A stretch of DNA of 64,000 nt from NCBI GenBank assembly GCA_963733715.1, contig CAVTEN010000025.1:24931-88930 (forward strand), in the 5' to 3' direction. The notes under the pieces are model-generated. The model saw only the letters and a list, made by a program, of their open reading frames with translations, ran no database searches and was not told where the DNA came from. Positions 47,753 through 58,561 of the stretch are shown one piece after another. This stretch comes from an uncultured delta proteobacterium. Its GTDB lineage: Bacteria; Desulfobacterota; Binatia; Binatales; Binataceae. The translations under genes and the position numbers were made by a program. Position 1 is the first letter of the stretch. Every line of letters starts with the position of its first letter.

Positions 47753-48619
47753 CTATCCCCAGTGGAGCTTGTCGCGCCAGATTTCGAAATACGGATGAGC
47801 GGACCGGATTAGCGAGACGACGTGCCTCCCGCGATGAACTTTGATTACGTCGTCCGGCCCCAATTGCGACGACTCCTGGCCGTCGACGGTGAAAGTCGTG
47901 TCGTGATCGGGCGCCTTGACGTGAATCTCGATTTCGTAAGTGTCGGGCAGCACCACGGGCCGGTTGCTGAGCGTGTGCGGACAAATTGGCGCGAGCACGA
48001 TCGCGCCCAGAGTCGGATACACGATCGGGCCGCCCGCGGAGAGCGCGTAAGCGGTCGAGCCGGTGGGCGTGGCGATGATCAAGCCGTCGGCGCGATACGA
48101 GCAGAAGGCTGTGTTGTTGGCGATCACGTCGAGTTCAAGCATCCTGCCGAGCGGACCTTTGCCGACGACCACGTCGTTGAACGCCTGGAACGATTGCGGG
48201 ATTTCCTCGGACGCGCGATCGACGATCGCCTCGAGCATGATGCGTTGATCGACCTCGTAGTCGCCCGCGAGCACACGCCCCAACGCTGCGCGCGCTTCGG
48301 AGATAGTCACTTCGGTCAGGAAACCGAGGCCGCCAAGATTCACGCCGAGGATCGGAGTGCCCTCCGACGCGACCATCCGCGCGACGCCGAGCAGCGTGCC
48401 GTCACCGCCGAGCACAACTATCAGGTCGGCACGATCGGCGAGGTGATGGCGCTCGACGCCCTCGGCGCCGATTTTCTTTGCAGTGTCCGAATCAGCAATC
48501 GGGGTCTTGTGCTTGGCGCGAAGAAAACGGGTCAGGATTCGCGCGATTTTGATCGCTTCGGGCCGCTCGCGCTTGACGACTAGGCCGACTGTCTTTATTG
48601 ACCGCTTCCCAGACGCCAT
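47753..48619 (-). CDS. nadK: NAD(+) kinase
   Basis: 288 aa. VVLGGDGTLL and NLGGLGFL motifs. The nadK-recN synteny is conserved. Confidence 0.9.
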   Translation of the reverse strand: MASGKRSIKTVGLVVKRERPEAIKIARILTRFLRAKHKTPIADSDTAKKIGAEGVERHHLADRADLIVVLGGDGTLLGVARMVASEGTPILGVNLGGLGFLTEVTISEARAALGRVLAGDYEVDQRIMLEAIVDRASEEIPQSFQAFNDVVVGKGPLGRMLELDVIANNTAFCSYRADGLIIATPTGSTAYALSAGGPIVYPTLGAIVLAPICPHTLSNRPVVLPDTYEIEIHVKAPDHDTTFTVDGQESSQLGPDDVIKVHRGRHVVSLIRSAHPYFEIWRDKLHWG

Positions 48620-48676
48620 CAGATGCTCATCATGCGCTGAAATCCGGGGTGACGCGAAAGCATTCTGGGCGCATTC

Positions 48677-49105
48677 TCAGTTTCCCTGCGGAAGCTTCGG
48701 AACCTTATATGCAGTGCCGGCGGCGGTGGGATTTTCCTTGCCGTACACTATGGCGACCGAATCGATGTAGTAGCCGGTGGCAGTTTCGGTCGTCTGCGCC
48801 TTGCTCGTCAGTACGACGATCGCGTCCGCACCGGTTTCGCAGGCCTTGCGCTGCACGGCAGGCAGCACGTCGGCCTCATCCGCAAAACGATTTCCCAAGG
48901 CCTCGACGATCGCGACCTTGCGAAAATCTTTCAACGGTTCGTGCCGCAACACCGGCATGTTGCAATCCGGCGGCTTGGCCGCACGACCGGAAGGTTCCAC
49001 TTCCGAAAGCGTCACCTGCGGCGGCAGCGATACGACGTGAGCGCATCCCGCGGCGGCAATCGCCAGTATAATGATCGCGATTCGCACGAGTAATGAAGTA
49101 TCCAC
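48677..49105 (-). CDS. Lipoprotein, unknown function
   Basis: Signal peptide with lipobox IAAAGC. 142 aa. Confidence 0.6.
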   Translation of the reverse strand: MDTSLLVRIAIIILAIAAAGCAHVVSLPPQVTLSEVEPSGRAAKPPDCNMPVLRHEPLKDFRKVAIVEALGNRFADEADVLPAVQRKACETGADAIVVLTSKAQTTETATGYYIDSVAIVYGKENPTAAGTAYKVPKLPQGN

Positions 49106-49229
49106 CGATGGGTGTCGCGGGCAAGAGCGCTTGCGCCAATCCCGCCGCTCGCTTTGGGCGTTCTTTCATATAAAATCGCGATGCGCTCGCCTCGATCAAA
49201 GGCCGGCGCGCAAAGGCAGCATCTCAACG

Positions 49230-50106
49230 ATGACAAAGATCGGCAAACCCACCCGTCCATTGCTTGGCGCTCATATGTCGATCGCCGGGGAAGTCGGCGA
49301 GTCGCTGAATCGCGGCAAGCAGGTCGGCTGCGAATGTATCCAGATTTTCACCAAGTCGTCGCGGCAGTGGGCCTCGAAGCCGTTCACGAAAGAGGAAATC
49401 GAAACGTTCAAACGCAATCGAATCGAAACCGGCATCACGACCGTGATCGCGCACGATTCTTACCTGGTTAATCTCGGCGCGCCCGATCAAGCGATGCGGC
49501 TCAAGTCGGTCAATGGCGTTATCGACGAACTGAATCGATGCGAGGCGCTCGGCGTAGACATTCTCGTCGCGCATCCCGGCGCTCACGTAGGATCGGGAAT
49601 TGAAGCCGGCATCAAGACGATTGCCCAGTCGATCGACGAGGCGCACGCGGCGTGCAAAGGCTTCAAGGTAAAGCTCGCGCTCGAAATCACGGCAGGTCAG
49701 GGCAGTAACCTGGGCCATACCTTTGAGCAGATGGCGCAGATTTTTGACGCCGTCGTCGAGAATGAGCGGGCTGCGGCTTTGCTTCGATACCGAACACGCA
49801 TTCGCCGCCGGTTACGATATTCGCACGCCTGAAGGATATGAAAATACATTCGGCGAGCTGGATAAATTCGTCGGTCTCAAAAGGCTTGCCGCATTTCATC
49901 TCAACGACTCGATTAAAGACTTCAATTCACACGTCGATCGACATCAGCATATCGGGAAGGGCTTTATCGGACTCGACGCGTTTCGCCGGCTGCTGAACGA
50001 CGAGCGATTTTTCGGACTGCCGATGTGCCTCGAAACACCCAAGGGACCCGACATGAAAGAGGATATCGAGAACCTCGCGACATTACGCAGTCTGTTTGCG
50101 AACTGA
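49230..50106 (+). pseudogene. nfo: Deoxyribonuclease IV (endonuclease IV); frameshift ~49760-49775
   Basis: LLGAHMSIAG...AHDSYLVNL...VAHPGAH...[12 protein letters not shown], then [15 protein letters not shown]...HLNDS...HIGKG...ETP in the frame of track ORF 49723..50106. Confidence 0.85.
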
Positions 50107-50117
50107 CTGTTCGACTG

Positions 50118-51116
50118 ATGCTTAAAAGAATACTCACTGGAGACCGTCCGACCGGGCCATTGCATCTCGGGCATTATGTAGGATCGCTGCAAAACCGCGT
50201 ACGCCTTCAGGAAGAATACGATACCTACTTACTAATCGCCGATATCCAGGCGCTGACCGACAACTTCGAGCATCCTGAAAAACTCGAAGCGAATATCTTC
50301 GAGGTCGCGCTCGATTACCTTGCGGTCGGTATCGATCCGGAGAAAGTGAAGTTCGTCGTGCAGTCGATGGTTCCCGAGCTGACCGAGCTGACGATTTATT
50401 TCATGAATCTTGTCACGACCGCGACGCTCGAGCGCAATCCTACGCTCAAGGACGAAATCAAGCAGAAGAATTTCAGCAAGGGTTTGCCGGTCGGATTTTA
50501 TACGTATCCAATTTCACAAGCCTCGGACATCACGATCTTCAAAGCGCATCTCGTGCCGGTCGGTGAAGATCAGCTACCGATGATCGAGCAGGCGCGCGAG
50601 ATCGTGCGACGCTTCAATCGCATGTACGACAAAGTCCTCATCGAACCGAAGGCGCTCGTCGGCGAAGTGGCGCGGCTGCCCGGGACCGACGGCGGCGCGA
50701 AGATGGGCAAGTCGCTCGGCAATTGCATCTACCTTGGCGACCCGCCCGACGTCGTGCGCAAGCGCGTGATGTCGATGTACACCGATCCGACGCGGCTGCA
50801 TCCGACCGATCCCGGCCACATCGAAGGCAATCCGGTTTTCACTTATCACGACGTGTTCAATCCGGATAAGTCGGAAGTCGAGGACCTGAAGGAGCGCTAC
50901 CGCAAGGGCACCGTCGGTGACGTCGAGGTCAAGGAGAAGCTGTTCAAGGCGCTGAACGCTTTCCTGGAACCGATTCGCGCGCGCCGCGAGCAGTTCGCGT
51001 CGAAGCCAGAGCACGTGCGCGAGATCATCGTCGAGGGCACGCGCAAAGGGCGCGCCGTCGCCCAGGAGACGATGGCCGAAGTCCGCAGCGCGATGAAGAT
51101 CAGCTACAAGTTCTAA
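50118..51116 (+). CDS. trpS: Tryptophan--tRNA ligase
   Basis: Start at ATG 50118 ([24 protein letters not shown] = HIGH-type motif). KMGKS (KMSKS) motif present. Confidence 0.9.
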   Translation: MLKRILTGDRPTGPLHLGHYVGSLQNRVRLQEEYDTYLLIADIQALTDNFEHPEKLEANIFEVALDYLAVGIDPEKVKFVVQSMVPELTELTIYFMNLVTTATLERNPTLKDEIKQKNFSKGLPVGFYTYPISQASDITIFKAHLVPVGEDQLPMIEQAREIVRRFNRMYDKVLIEPKALVGEVARLPGTDGGAKMGKSLGNCIYLGDPPDVVRKRVMSMYTDPTRLHPTDPGHIEGNPVFTYHDVFNPDKSEVEDLKERYRKGTVGDVEVKEKLFKALNAFLEPIRARREQFASKPEHVREIIVEGTRKGRAVAQETMAEVRSAMKISYKF

Positions 51117-51131
51117 TCCACTTTATTGAAT

Positions 51132-51224
51132 GTGAAACCCGCGGTGGGTTTCACACTTCCTTCGGCAGGGGTGACCCCTGCACCCAGCGTTAAAAACAAA
51201 GATGCGGGACTTCGTCCCTATTAG
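51132..51224 (+). repeat. Structured intergenic repeat family A, copy 3
   Basis: GTGAAACCCGCGGTGGGTTTCACACTTCCTTCGGCAGGGGTGACCCCTGCACC..AAGATGCGGGACTTCGTCCCTATTAG, between convergent trpS and proS. Confidence 0.85.
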
Positions 51225-51255
51225 AACTTTTTCTTAGGGAGCGGTCCTGTTTTGC

Positions 51256-51308
51256 CTCGCCCCCTGTGGGGAGAGGCCGACGCGCGTCCGCGCGCGGCGG
51301 GTGAGGGA
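51256..51308. repeat. REP-like family B element (inverted orientation)
   Basis: Reverse complement reads ccctcacccgccgcgcgcggacgcgcgtcggcctctccccacagggggcg, sharing ccctcacccgc and cctctccc motifs with 12980-13080. Confidence 0.6.
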
Positions 51309-51327
51309 CGAAACTTCCGAGATTTCG

Positions 51328-52800
51328 TTAGTAAGACTTCGCGAAGTATGCGCGCTCGGTGGCCGGCTCGCCGCATACCAGGCACTTGCCTGCGACGCCG
51401 TCATTTGTGAGCGGTATCGCGCGGCAAGTTGCCTTGGTCTCTTCGCGAATCTTCGTCTCGCAGACGGGATTGCCGCACCAATAGATGTCGGCGAATCCGC
51501 CGCCGCCTTCACCTTCCATATGTTTGCGGAACATCGCGTAGTCGTCGAACTTTCGCGTGTTCGCGACCATCGCAGCTTTCGCCTGCGCGTAGAGATTTTT
51601 CTGAATCTCGTCAAGCAGTGCGCTAATTGTTTGCGCGATCGTGGCAAGCGACGCCTTGCTCTTCGATTCCGGCCCCGACTTGTCGCGCCGCGCGAGCACT
51701 GCTTCACCTGACGCCACGTCGCGCGGTCCGATCTCGATTCTCACCGGCACCCCGCGCATCTCCCAATCGTTGAACTTGAATCCCGGCGTCATTCCTTCGC
51801 GCTCATCGATACGCGCGCGGATTCCCGCTTTCGTCAGCGCTTCCAGCGCGGTACGCGCCGCGGCGAGCACGGTCGCACCCTCCTCGGGTTTGCGAAAGAT
51901 CGGCACGATGACCGCCTGCGTCGATGCGACCGTCGGCGGTAGCCGCAGTCCCTGGTCGTCGCCGTGCGCCATCACGATTGCGCCCAGCAGCCGCGTCGAT
52001 ACGCCCCAACTCGTCTGCCACACGAACTGCATCTGATTCTGATCGTCGAGGTAGCGGATCTCGAACGGCTTCGCGAAATTCTGTCCGAGAAAATGCGAGG
52101 TGCCGCATTGCAGCGCGCGCCCATCGCCCATCAAGCCCTCGATCGAGTAGGTCTCGACCGCGCCCGGGAATCGTTCGGCCGCGCTCTTGCGTCCGACGAT
52201 CAGCGGAATCGCGAGAAAGTCCTCGACGAACTGCCGATAAACTTCGAGCATCCCGAGCGTCTCGCTCTGTGCTTCCTCGGCCGTCGCGTGCGCGGTGTGC
52301 CCCTCCTGCCAGAGGAACTCCGTGGTGCGCAGAAAAAGCCGCGTGCGCATTTCCCATCGCACGACGTTGCACCATTGATTCAGCATCATCGGCAAATCGC
52401 GATGCGACCTGATCCACTGCGCGAACATGTGGTTGATGATCGTCTCGGACGTCGGCCGCACGACCAGCGGCTCTTCGAGCTCCTTGCCGCCGCCATGCGT
52501 GACGACTGCGAGCTCGGGCGCGAACCCCTCGACGTGTTGCGCTTCTTTTTGCAGGAAGCTCTGCGGGATGAACAGCGGGAAGTAGGCGTTGCGCGCGCCG
52601 GTCTTTTTGATGCGCCGGTCGAGCTCGTCGCGCAGCGCCTCCCAAATCGCAAAACCATCGGGACGAAACACGATGCATCCGCGCACCGGCGAGTAATCCG
52701 CCAGCTCCGCGCGCAGACAGATGTCGTTGTACCACGCCGCGAAATCCTCGCTGCGCGGAGTTACCTTCTTGTCGTTCTGCTTTGGTGGTTCTTTCGCCAT
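51328..52800 (-). CDS. proS: Proline--tRNA ligase (archaeal/eukaryote-like type)
   Basis: 490 aa. Class II aaRS motifs (FRPDGFAIWE, RWEMRTRLFLRTTEFLWQEGHTAH) and C-terminal zinc-binding-like domain ending ...AYFAKSY. Confidence 0.9.
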   Translation of the reverse strand: MAKEPPKQNDKKVTPRSEDFAAWYNDICLRAELADYSPVRGCIVFRPDGFAIWEALRDELDRRIKKTGARNAYFPLFIPQSFLQKEAQHVEGFAPELAVVTHGGGKELEEPLVVRPTSETIINHMFAQWIRSHRDLPMMLNQWCNVVRWEMRTRLFLRTTEFLWQEGHTAHATAEEAQSETLGMLEVYRQFVEDFLAIPLIVGRKSAAERFPGAVETYSIEGLMGDGRALQCGTSHFLGQNFAKPFEIRYLDDQNQMQFVWQTSWGVSTRLLGAIVMAHGDDQGLRLPPTVASTQAVIVPIFRKPEEGATVLAAARTALEALTKAGIRARIDEREGMTPGFKFNDWEMRGVPVRIEIGPRDVASGEAVLARRDKSGPESKSKASLATIAQTISALLDEIQKNLYAQAKAAMVANTRKFDDYAMFRKHMEGEGGGGFADIYWCGNPVCETKIREETKATCRAIPLTNDGVAGKCLVCGEPATERAYFAKSY

Positions 52801-52902
52801 TCGTCTTGCGTGACGACTTTGATTATCGTCAATTGATACAGTCTCCGGATAAAACCGGCTGGAATCAACTTAGTCTGGAGCGTGCCCGAGGTGAAAGTCA
52901 CA

Positions 52903-53628
52903 ATGAAGCTGAGATCCCGAATAGCTGCCGTCGGACTTGCGGTAGCGACTGTCATCGCAGTGTTCGGAGCGGCGTCAGCGCAAAGCGACGCAAATAATTT
53001 CGCTGTGCGGACGATAGAAGTTGATGGCAACGGCGAGACGCGCACGTCTCCCGACACCGCCGATTTGGATCTTGCGATTGATACTCATGCAAGGACAGCG
53101 GAGGAAGCCGCCACCAGTAACGCCGCGCTGGCCACAAAAGTGATCGACGCGCTCAAGGCAAAGCTCGGCGACAAGGGCAAGATTACCACCGGTGGCTATT
53201 CGCTGGATCCCGAGTACGATCAGCGCCCGAACGCGAAGCCGACGATCATCGGCTACAACGCACAAAACACCGTGACGGTTAATACTCGCGCGTTGGACCT
53301 CGTTGGCGCGCTGATCGATACCGCGATTGCGGCGGGCGCGAATCGCGTCAACTCGCTTAACTTCAGCGTCAAGGACGATACCAAGGCGCGCACCGAGGCG
53401 ATCGCGATCGCAACTCGCGACGCGCATGCTCAGGCCGACGCGCTCGCGTCTGCCCTGAATGTGAAGCTCGGCAAAGTCCTCAAAGCGACGACGGTATCGC
53501 AAGAGCGGCCGATTCCGATTCGCATGGGCAGGGCGATGGCGATGTCAGCGGCTAGTGTCGCGACGCCGGTCGAACCCGGCGAGGTCACTGTGCCGGCGAC
53601 GGTTTCTCTCACCTTCGAGATTGAGTAG
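52903..53628 (+). CDS. SIMPL/DUF541 family periplasmic protein
   Basis: Signal peptide MKLRSRIAAVGLAVATVIAVFGAASAQ. Typical length (~240 aa) and VEPGEVTV...V.F C-terminus. Confidence 0.7.
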   Translation: MKLRSRIAAVGLAVATVIAVFGAASAQSDANNFAVRTIEVDGNGETRTSPDTADLDLAIDTHARTAEEAATSNAALATKVIDALKAKLGDKGKITTGGYSLDPEYDQRPNAKPTIIGYNAQNTVTVNTRALDLVGALIDTAIAAGANRVNSLNFSVKDDTKARTEAIAIATRDAHAQADALASALNVKLGKVLKATTVSQERPIPIRMGRAMAMSAASVATPVEPGEVTVPATVSLTFEIE

Positions 53629-53645
53629 GTTCTGCAGTTATTGCG

Positions 53646-54173
53646 ATGCTGAAGCCTGGCGATCCCGCTCCGCCATTCGATCTCGAATGCGCTCTTGATG
53701 GGCGTACCGCCCGCTGCAGTCTCGCGAAGATTTCCACCGAACTGGTTCTGATCTTTTTCTATCCGCGCGATTTTTCGTTCATCTGTCCGACCGAGGTCAC
53801 CGGCTTCAACAAAGCGCTGAAGGAATTCGCCGCCGAGGATACGGCCATCGTCGGCGTCAGCATCGACGACGTGGACAGCCATCTTCGATGGGCGCGCGAG
53901 CTCGGCGGAATCGGCTACCCACTGCTCGCCGACCCCGACGGCAGTCTCGCGCGCGCCTACGGCGTCTTCGACGAGAGTGAAAAGGTCGCGTTGCGCGCGA
54001 CGTTCATCCTCGATCGCAAACGCAAGGTTGTGTTCGCCGCGTCATGCCCGTTGAACGTCGGGCGCAGCGTCATCGAGACGCTGCGAATCGTGCGCGCGCT
54101 CCGCACCGGCCAACTCTGCCCCGCCGATTGGACGCCGGGCGTCGAGTTCGGCCCAACTGATCGCGACTTCTAG
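53646..54173 (+). CDS. Peroxiredoxin (AhpC/TSA family)
   Basis: FFYPRDFSFICPTE peroxidatic Cys motif. 175 aa. Confidence 0.85.
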   Translation: MLKPGDPAPPFDLECALDGRTARCSLAKISTELVLIFFYPRDFSFICPTEVTGFNKALKEFAAEDTAIVGVSIDDVDSHLRWARELGGIGYPLLADPDGSLARAYGVFDESEKVALRATFILDRKRKVVFAASCPLNVGRSVIETLRIVRALRTGQLCPADWTPGVEFGPTDRDF

Positions 54174-54180
54174 GGCGAGC

Positions 54181-54908
54181 TTGGCCACAGTCGATCCCGC
54201 GCAAAAAAGGCAGCTCTTCGAGCGGCTCTCGAGCATCCGCGAAATTGTTTTCGGCGTGCAGGACGGCGTGCTGACCACCGCCGGCGTGCTATGCGGACTC
54301 AGCGGCGCCGTCTCACAGCATTCGCAGGTCGCGCTCGCCGCGCTGGCCTCGACCGCGGCCGGCGCGCTCTCGATGGGTGCAGGAGCCTATCTGGGCGCGC
54401 GCGCGGAAGCCGAGGTGCTTGCGCGCCGAGCTCGATGTCGTACGCGCCGACGCCGCCGAAAAGCCGTACACCGTCCAGGAAGGATTGCTCGACGAGCTGT
54501 GCAAGGAAGGCCTCAGCCGCGAAGCCGCCTTTCGCGTCGTCCGGCTACTCAGCACCGCGCCCAAGGCTCTCGAATCGACCGCCGAGGCAAAAATGTTCGG
54601 GCTCGGCGGCCCGACTGCTCGGCAGGCCCGCCCTCGACGGACTCGTGATGGGCATCGCATTCCTCGTCGGCGCGCTCGTTCCGCTATTGCCGTACATGCT
54701 GATAACAATTCCGCGCTACGACCTTGGCGGCGCGCTCGTCGCAACCGCGCTCACCCTGTTCGGTGTCGGATATTTCGAAGGATGGCTCGCGCATCGCAAC
54801 GATCGCTGGCGCTCGGGCGTGCGCTTCCTTGCAATCGCGATGAGCGCGGCCGCCGCCGGCTATCTGATCGGACTCGCGATCTCGCCACTCGGTGCAACCG
54901 CAGGCTAA
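54181..54908 (+). pseudogene. VIT1/CCC1 family iron/manganese transporter; two frameshifts (~54415-54430, ~54600-54620)
   Basis: IVFGVQDGVLTTAGVLCGLSGA..., then ELDVVRADAAEKPYTVQEGLLDELCKEGLSREAA..., then ALDGLVMGIAFLVGALVPLLPYML...GYLIGLAISPLGATAG* in three successive frames. Confidence 0.75.
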
Positions 54909-55175
54909 CCTTGTTTGCGTGAAAATTCCTGCGTACTCATCGCTGGCCGCATTCCTGGCGCACTATCACGCCCTCAAATCGGCGCGCGTCCCGCGGCTCC
55001 GACGACGAAGCAGCTGTTCGCCGAAATGTCGGCGGCGATCGCGACACTCGCTCCTGAAGCTCGTGCCGCGCTCGATTCCACCGACGACACTGGCAGCGCT
55101 CGACGCCATCGCGAGCGCGCCGAACTCCAACTCCGCCGCGAGCTTGTCGCGCGCGGGATCATCGCCGGCTGAACG

Positions 55176-56105
55176 ATGCTCGCTTACCTGGTACGGCGAA
55201 TAGTCTTCGGCGCCGCAGTCCTGATCGGAACTTCGATCATCACATTCGCGATCGCGTTCGTCGTTCCCGCCGATCCCGCGATCGCGATGGCCGGGGCGAA
55301 GGCCGATCCGCAAACTCTCGCAACCATTCGGACCGAGCTGGGTCTCGATCAGCCGGTCTACGTCCAGTACGCGCGCTACCTCGACCGCGCGATTCACGGC
55401 GACCTCGGCCGCTCGTACATCCGCCGCGAGAACGTGACGACGCTTATAGCTGATCGTTTTCCCGCGACCGCCGTGCTCGCCGGCGCCGCGATGGCGGTCT
55501 CGTTGATCCTCGGAATCGCGATGGGCGCGATCGCCGCCGCGTATCGCGGCCGCGCCGCCGACAACGTGCTCCTCGTCATATCGCTCGCGCTCGTGTCGAT
55601 CCCGGTGTTCTGGCTGGGCACGATGCTGCTGATCGGCGTCGCCGCTACCATCCGCTCGTTTCCGCTCGGCGGCTATAGCGGCGCGACCAGCTTGATCCTG
55701 CCGACTCTGACGCTCGCGCTCGGCTCGGCCGGCTACTATTCGCGCGTTCTGCACACCAGCCTGTGCGACGCGTTCGATCAGGATTACGTGCGCACCGCAC
55801 GCGGCAAGGGTCTCTCGCGCGCCCGCGTGATTTTCAAGCATGCGATGGCCAACGCGCTGCTGCCGCTGGTCACGCTCGCCGGTCTCGATCTCGCGGGACT
55901 GCTTTCGGGCGTCGTGCTGACCGAGACGGTCTTCAATTGGCCGGGAATCGGGCGCCTCGCAGCCGACGCGATTTTCAATCTCGACATCCCGGTGATCATG
56001 GGCACCGTGCTGTTCTCCGCGTTCCTGATTGTCGTCGTCAACCTGCTCGTCGACCTGCTTTACGCATGGCTCGATCCGCGCATTCGGCTGGCAGAGACCG
56101 GATGA
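55176..56105 (+). CDS. ABC transporter permease (peptide/nickel type, DppB/OppB-like)
   Basis: 309 aa, 6 TM. Motifs DYVRTARGKGL and TETVFNWPGIG. Confidence 0.85.
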   Translation: MLAYLVRRIVFGAAVLIGTSIITFAIAFVVPADPAIAMAGAKADPQTLATIRTELGLDQPVYVQYARYLDRAIHGDLGRSYIRRENVTTLIADRFPATAVLAGAAMAVSLILGIAMGAIAAAYRGRAADNVLLVISLALVSIPVFWLGTMLLIGVAATIRSFPLGGYSGATSLILPTLTLALGSAGYYSRVLHTSLCDAFDQDYVRTARGKGLSRARVIFKHAMANALLPLVTLAGLDLAGLLSGVVLTETVFNWPGIGRLAADAIFNLDIPVIMGTVLFSAFLIVVVNLLVDLLYAWLDPRIRLAETG

Positions 56106-56915
56106 ATATCCGCCGCTACGTGACGCTCGAAACCGTCGGCGCCGCGATGGTCACCGTGCTCGTGATCGTCGCGATCTTTGCGCCGATGCTCGCGCCGCAC
56201 GATCCCACGATCGTCGTCGCGCCGACCTTCGGCGATCCCGGCGCGCCGTCGCTCAAATTTCCGATGGGCACCGACGAGCTCGGCCGCGACGTGCTCTCGC
56301 GCATCATCTTCGGCGCGCGAATCTCGCTGACCGTCGGCGTCGCCGCGATGGCCGTCACGATGACCATCGGCATCGCCATCGGCCTGTGCTCGGGATTCTT
56401 CGGCGGCGCGGTCGACTTTCTTCTGATGCGTTTCACCGACCTGATGCTGTCGCTGCCGCCGCTGCTGCTCGCGATGGCTCTGGTAGCGGTGTTGGGGCCG
56501 AGTCTTGCGCACGATCTTCATCGTCATCGGCCTGGTTTCATGGACGTCGATCGCGCGCGTGGTGCGTGCAGAAACGCTTTCGATGTCCCGGCGCGATTTC
56601 GTCGTCGGCGCTGAGGCTCTCGGCGCGCCGTCGCGCCGATTGATCGCGCTGCACATCCTGCCGAACGTTTTGCCGATAATCATCGTGATGGCGGCGCTGC
56701 GAACTTCCGACACCCTGCTGCTCGACGCTGCGCTCAGCTTCCTCGGCCTCGGCGTGCCGCCGCCAACGCCGAGTTGGGGCCGCATGATCGAAGAGGCGAC
56801 GATTTACTTCCGCACCGCGCCGTGGCTCGCGACGTTTCCCGGTCTCGCGATCTTCTGGGCGGTGCTCAGCTTCAATCTTCTCGGCTACGGATTTTTGCGC
56901 AGGCGCTCGCAATGA
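56102..56915 (+). pseudogene. ABC transporter permease (DppC/OppC-like); frameshift ~56495-56510
   Basis: ATGA overlap with the upstream permease. GTDELGRDVLSRIIFGARISL..., then RTIFIVIGLVSWTSIARVVRAETLSMSRRDFV... in the frame of ORF 56505..56915. Confidence 0.8.
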
Positions 56916-58505
56916 CATCCTCGAAAAATCATCGCGGCTCTCATCGCGATCGCGCTGGCGGGATGCGGCGGCGGTCCGCCTCCGCTCAATCTGCCGCCGC
57001 ATGCGATGGTCCTGCGCCTCGCGGATGCCGACGACGTCCCGACCCTCGACCCAGCCGCCGGCTACGACACCGTTTCATGGACTTTCGAGCAGGCGATTTT
57101 CGACACGCTCGTGCGCTACGGCGACGGCAACATCGAGCTCGAACCCGATATCGCGACCACTTGGGAGAGTTCGCCCGACGCGACGACTTTCACATTTCAT
57201 CTGCGCGCCGATGCCCGCTTTTCCGACGGACGCGCCGTGACCAGCGGCGACTTCCGCTATGGAATCGAGCGCGTGCTGAATCCCGCGACGCGCTCGCGCG
57301 GGATGGAGTACTACCGCGGTATCGCAGGCGCCGCCGACTTCGCCGCGCATCGAAGCGCGCACGTCAGCGGCATCGAGACGCCGGACAATACGACGATCAT
57401 TTTCCATTTGAGTGCGCCTGACCCGATCTTCGGCCACAAGCTCGCGATGCCGTTTGCGTCGGCGATCCCGCGCGATGTCGCGGAGAAATGGGGCGACGAT
57501 TTCTCGCGCCACGTCGTCGGCAGCGGCGCGTTCATGCTGCGCGATTGGATTGGCGGGCAGCGAATCGTGCTCGTGAAAAATCCGTACTACTTCGCCAAAC
57601 CGTTGCCGCATCTCGACGCTATCGTCGAGTCGGTCGGCGTGAACCAGGAACTGCAATGGCTGCGCTTCGACGCGGGCCAAATCGACGCGGTGGTCGATAT
57701 TCCGCCGGCGGAGTTCCCCTACGTCATGAAAACTCCGGCGCTGCGAAATTTGACCCTGGCGAAAACGACGGTCACTACCCGCTACCTCGGCATGAACTGC
57801 CAGATGTGGCCGTTCACCGACGTTCGCGTGCGCCGCGCGCTCAGTTACGCAATCGATCGCCACAAGCTGATCGCAATTTTGAACGGACGCGGCGTCGTCG
57901 CGCGCGGCGTCATGCCACCGAACCTGCCCGGCTACGACGCCGATCTCGAGGGCTACGATTACGATCCCGCGAAAGCGCGCGCTCTGCTCGAGGAAGCGCA
58001 TCTCGCGCACGGCTTCGAGATTGAAATCTGGATGCGCGCCGATCAAACCCTCCTGATGCTCGCGCAATCGATACAGCAGGATCTCGCGCCGCTCGGCATC
58101 CGCGCGAAGTTGAAGCCTGTAGCATGGGGTCCGTTCCTCGAAGCGATTCGCCAGCCGAAAACCGTGCAAACGTTCATGCAGGGATGGGAAGCTGACTTTC
58201 CCGACCCCGAAAATTTTCTCGGCGCGTTGCTCTCGCGCGCGCAGTGGGGCGCCAACAACGACAGTTTCTATTCCAATCCCGAGGTCGAGGCGCTTCTCCG
58301 TGAAGCCGAACCGATCGCCGACATGAAAAAGCGCTACGCGCTCTATGACCAGGCCGAGAAAATCGTCGTCGCCGACGCGCCGTGGGTTTTTCTCTATTAC
58401 CCGGTGACCTACATAATTCGCCAGCCATGGGTGCACGACTACGTAATCAATCCGATGCGCCCGACCCGCTTCGAGCACGTCTGGCTCTCCCCACATCCGG
58501 AGTGA
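56912..58505 (+). pseudogene. ABC transporter substrate-binding lipoprotein (family 5, peptide/nickel); frameshift in an A5 run at 56924-56928 within the signal peptide
   Basis: ATG 56912 (ATGA overlap with the permease stop) gives MTSSK. Removing one A restores MTSSKIIAALIAIALAGCGGG (lipobox), in frame with track ORF 57006..58505. Confidence 0.8.
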
Positions 58506-58561
58506 GCGACAACTGTGCGCGATTTCGACTATGATCCGAAAATCAGGATGAGGAGCTAACC

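Noticed and set aside
54892-55203. Overlapping small ORFs (54892..55203, 54915..55172) between the VIT transporter and the ABC permease genes
   Set aside because: Both frames look partly protein-like and partly junk and no motif is recognisable. It could be another frameshifted small gene, but it cannot be supported.
57075-58496. 473-aa minus-strand ORF
   Set aside because: Shadow ORF antisense to the ABC substrate-binding protein gene, with no motifs and Arg-rich composition. The same reasoning applies to 23211..24290(+), 21685..22602(+), 51964..52836(+), 4470..5156(-), 46536..47216(+) and most other overlapping track ORFs.
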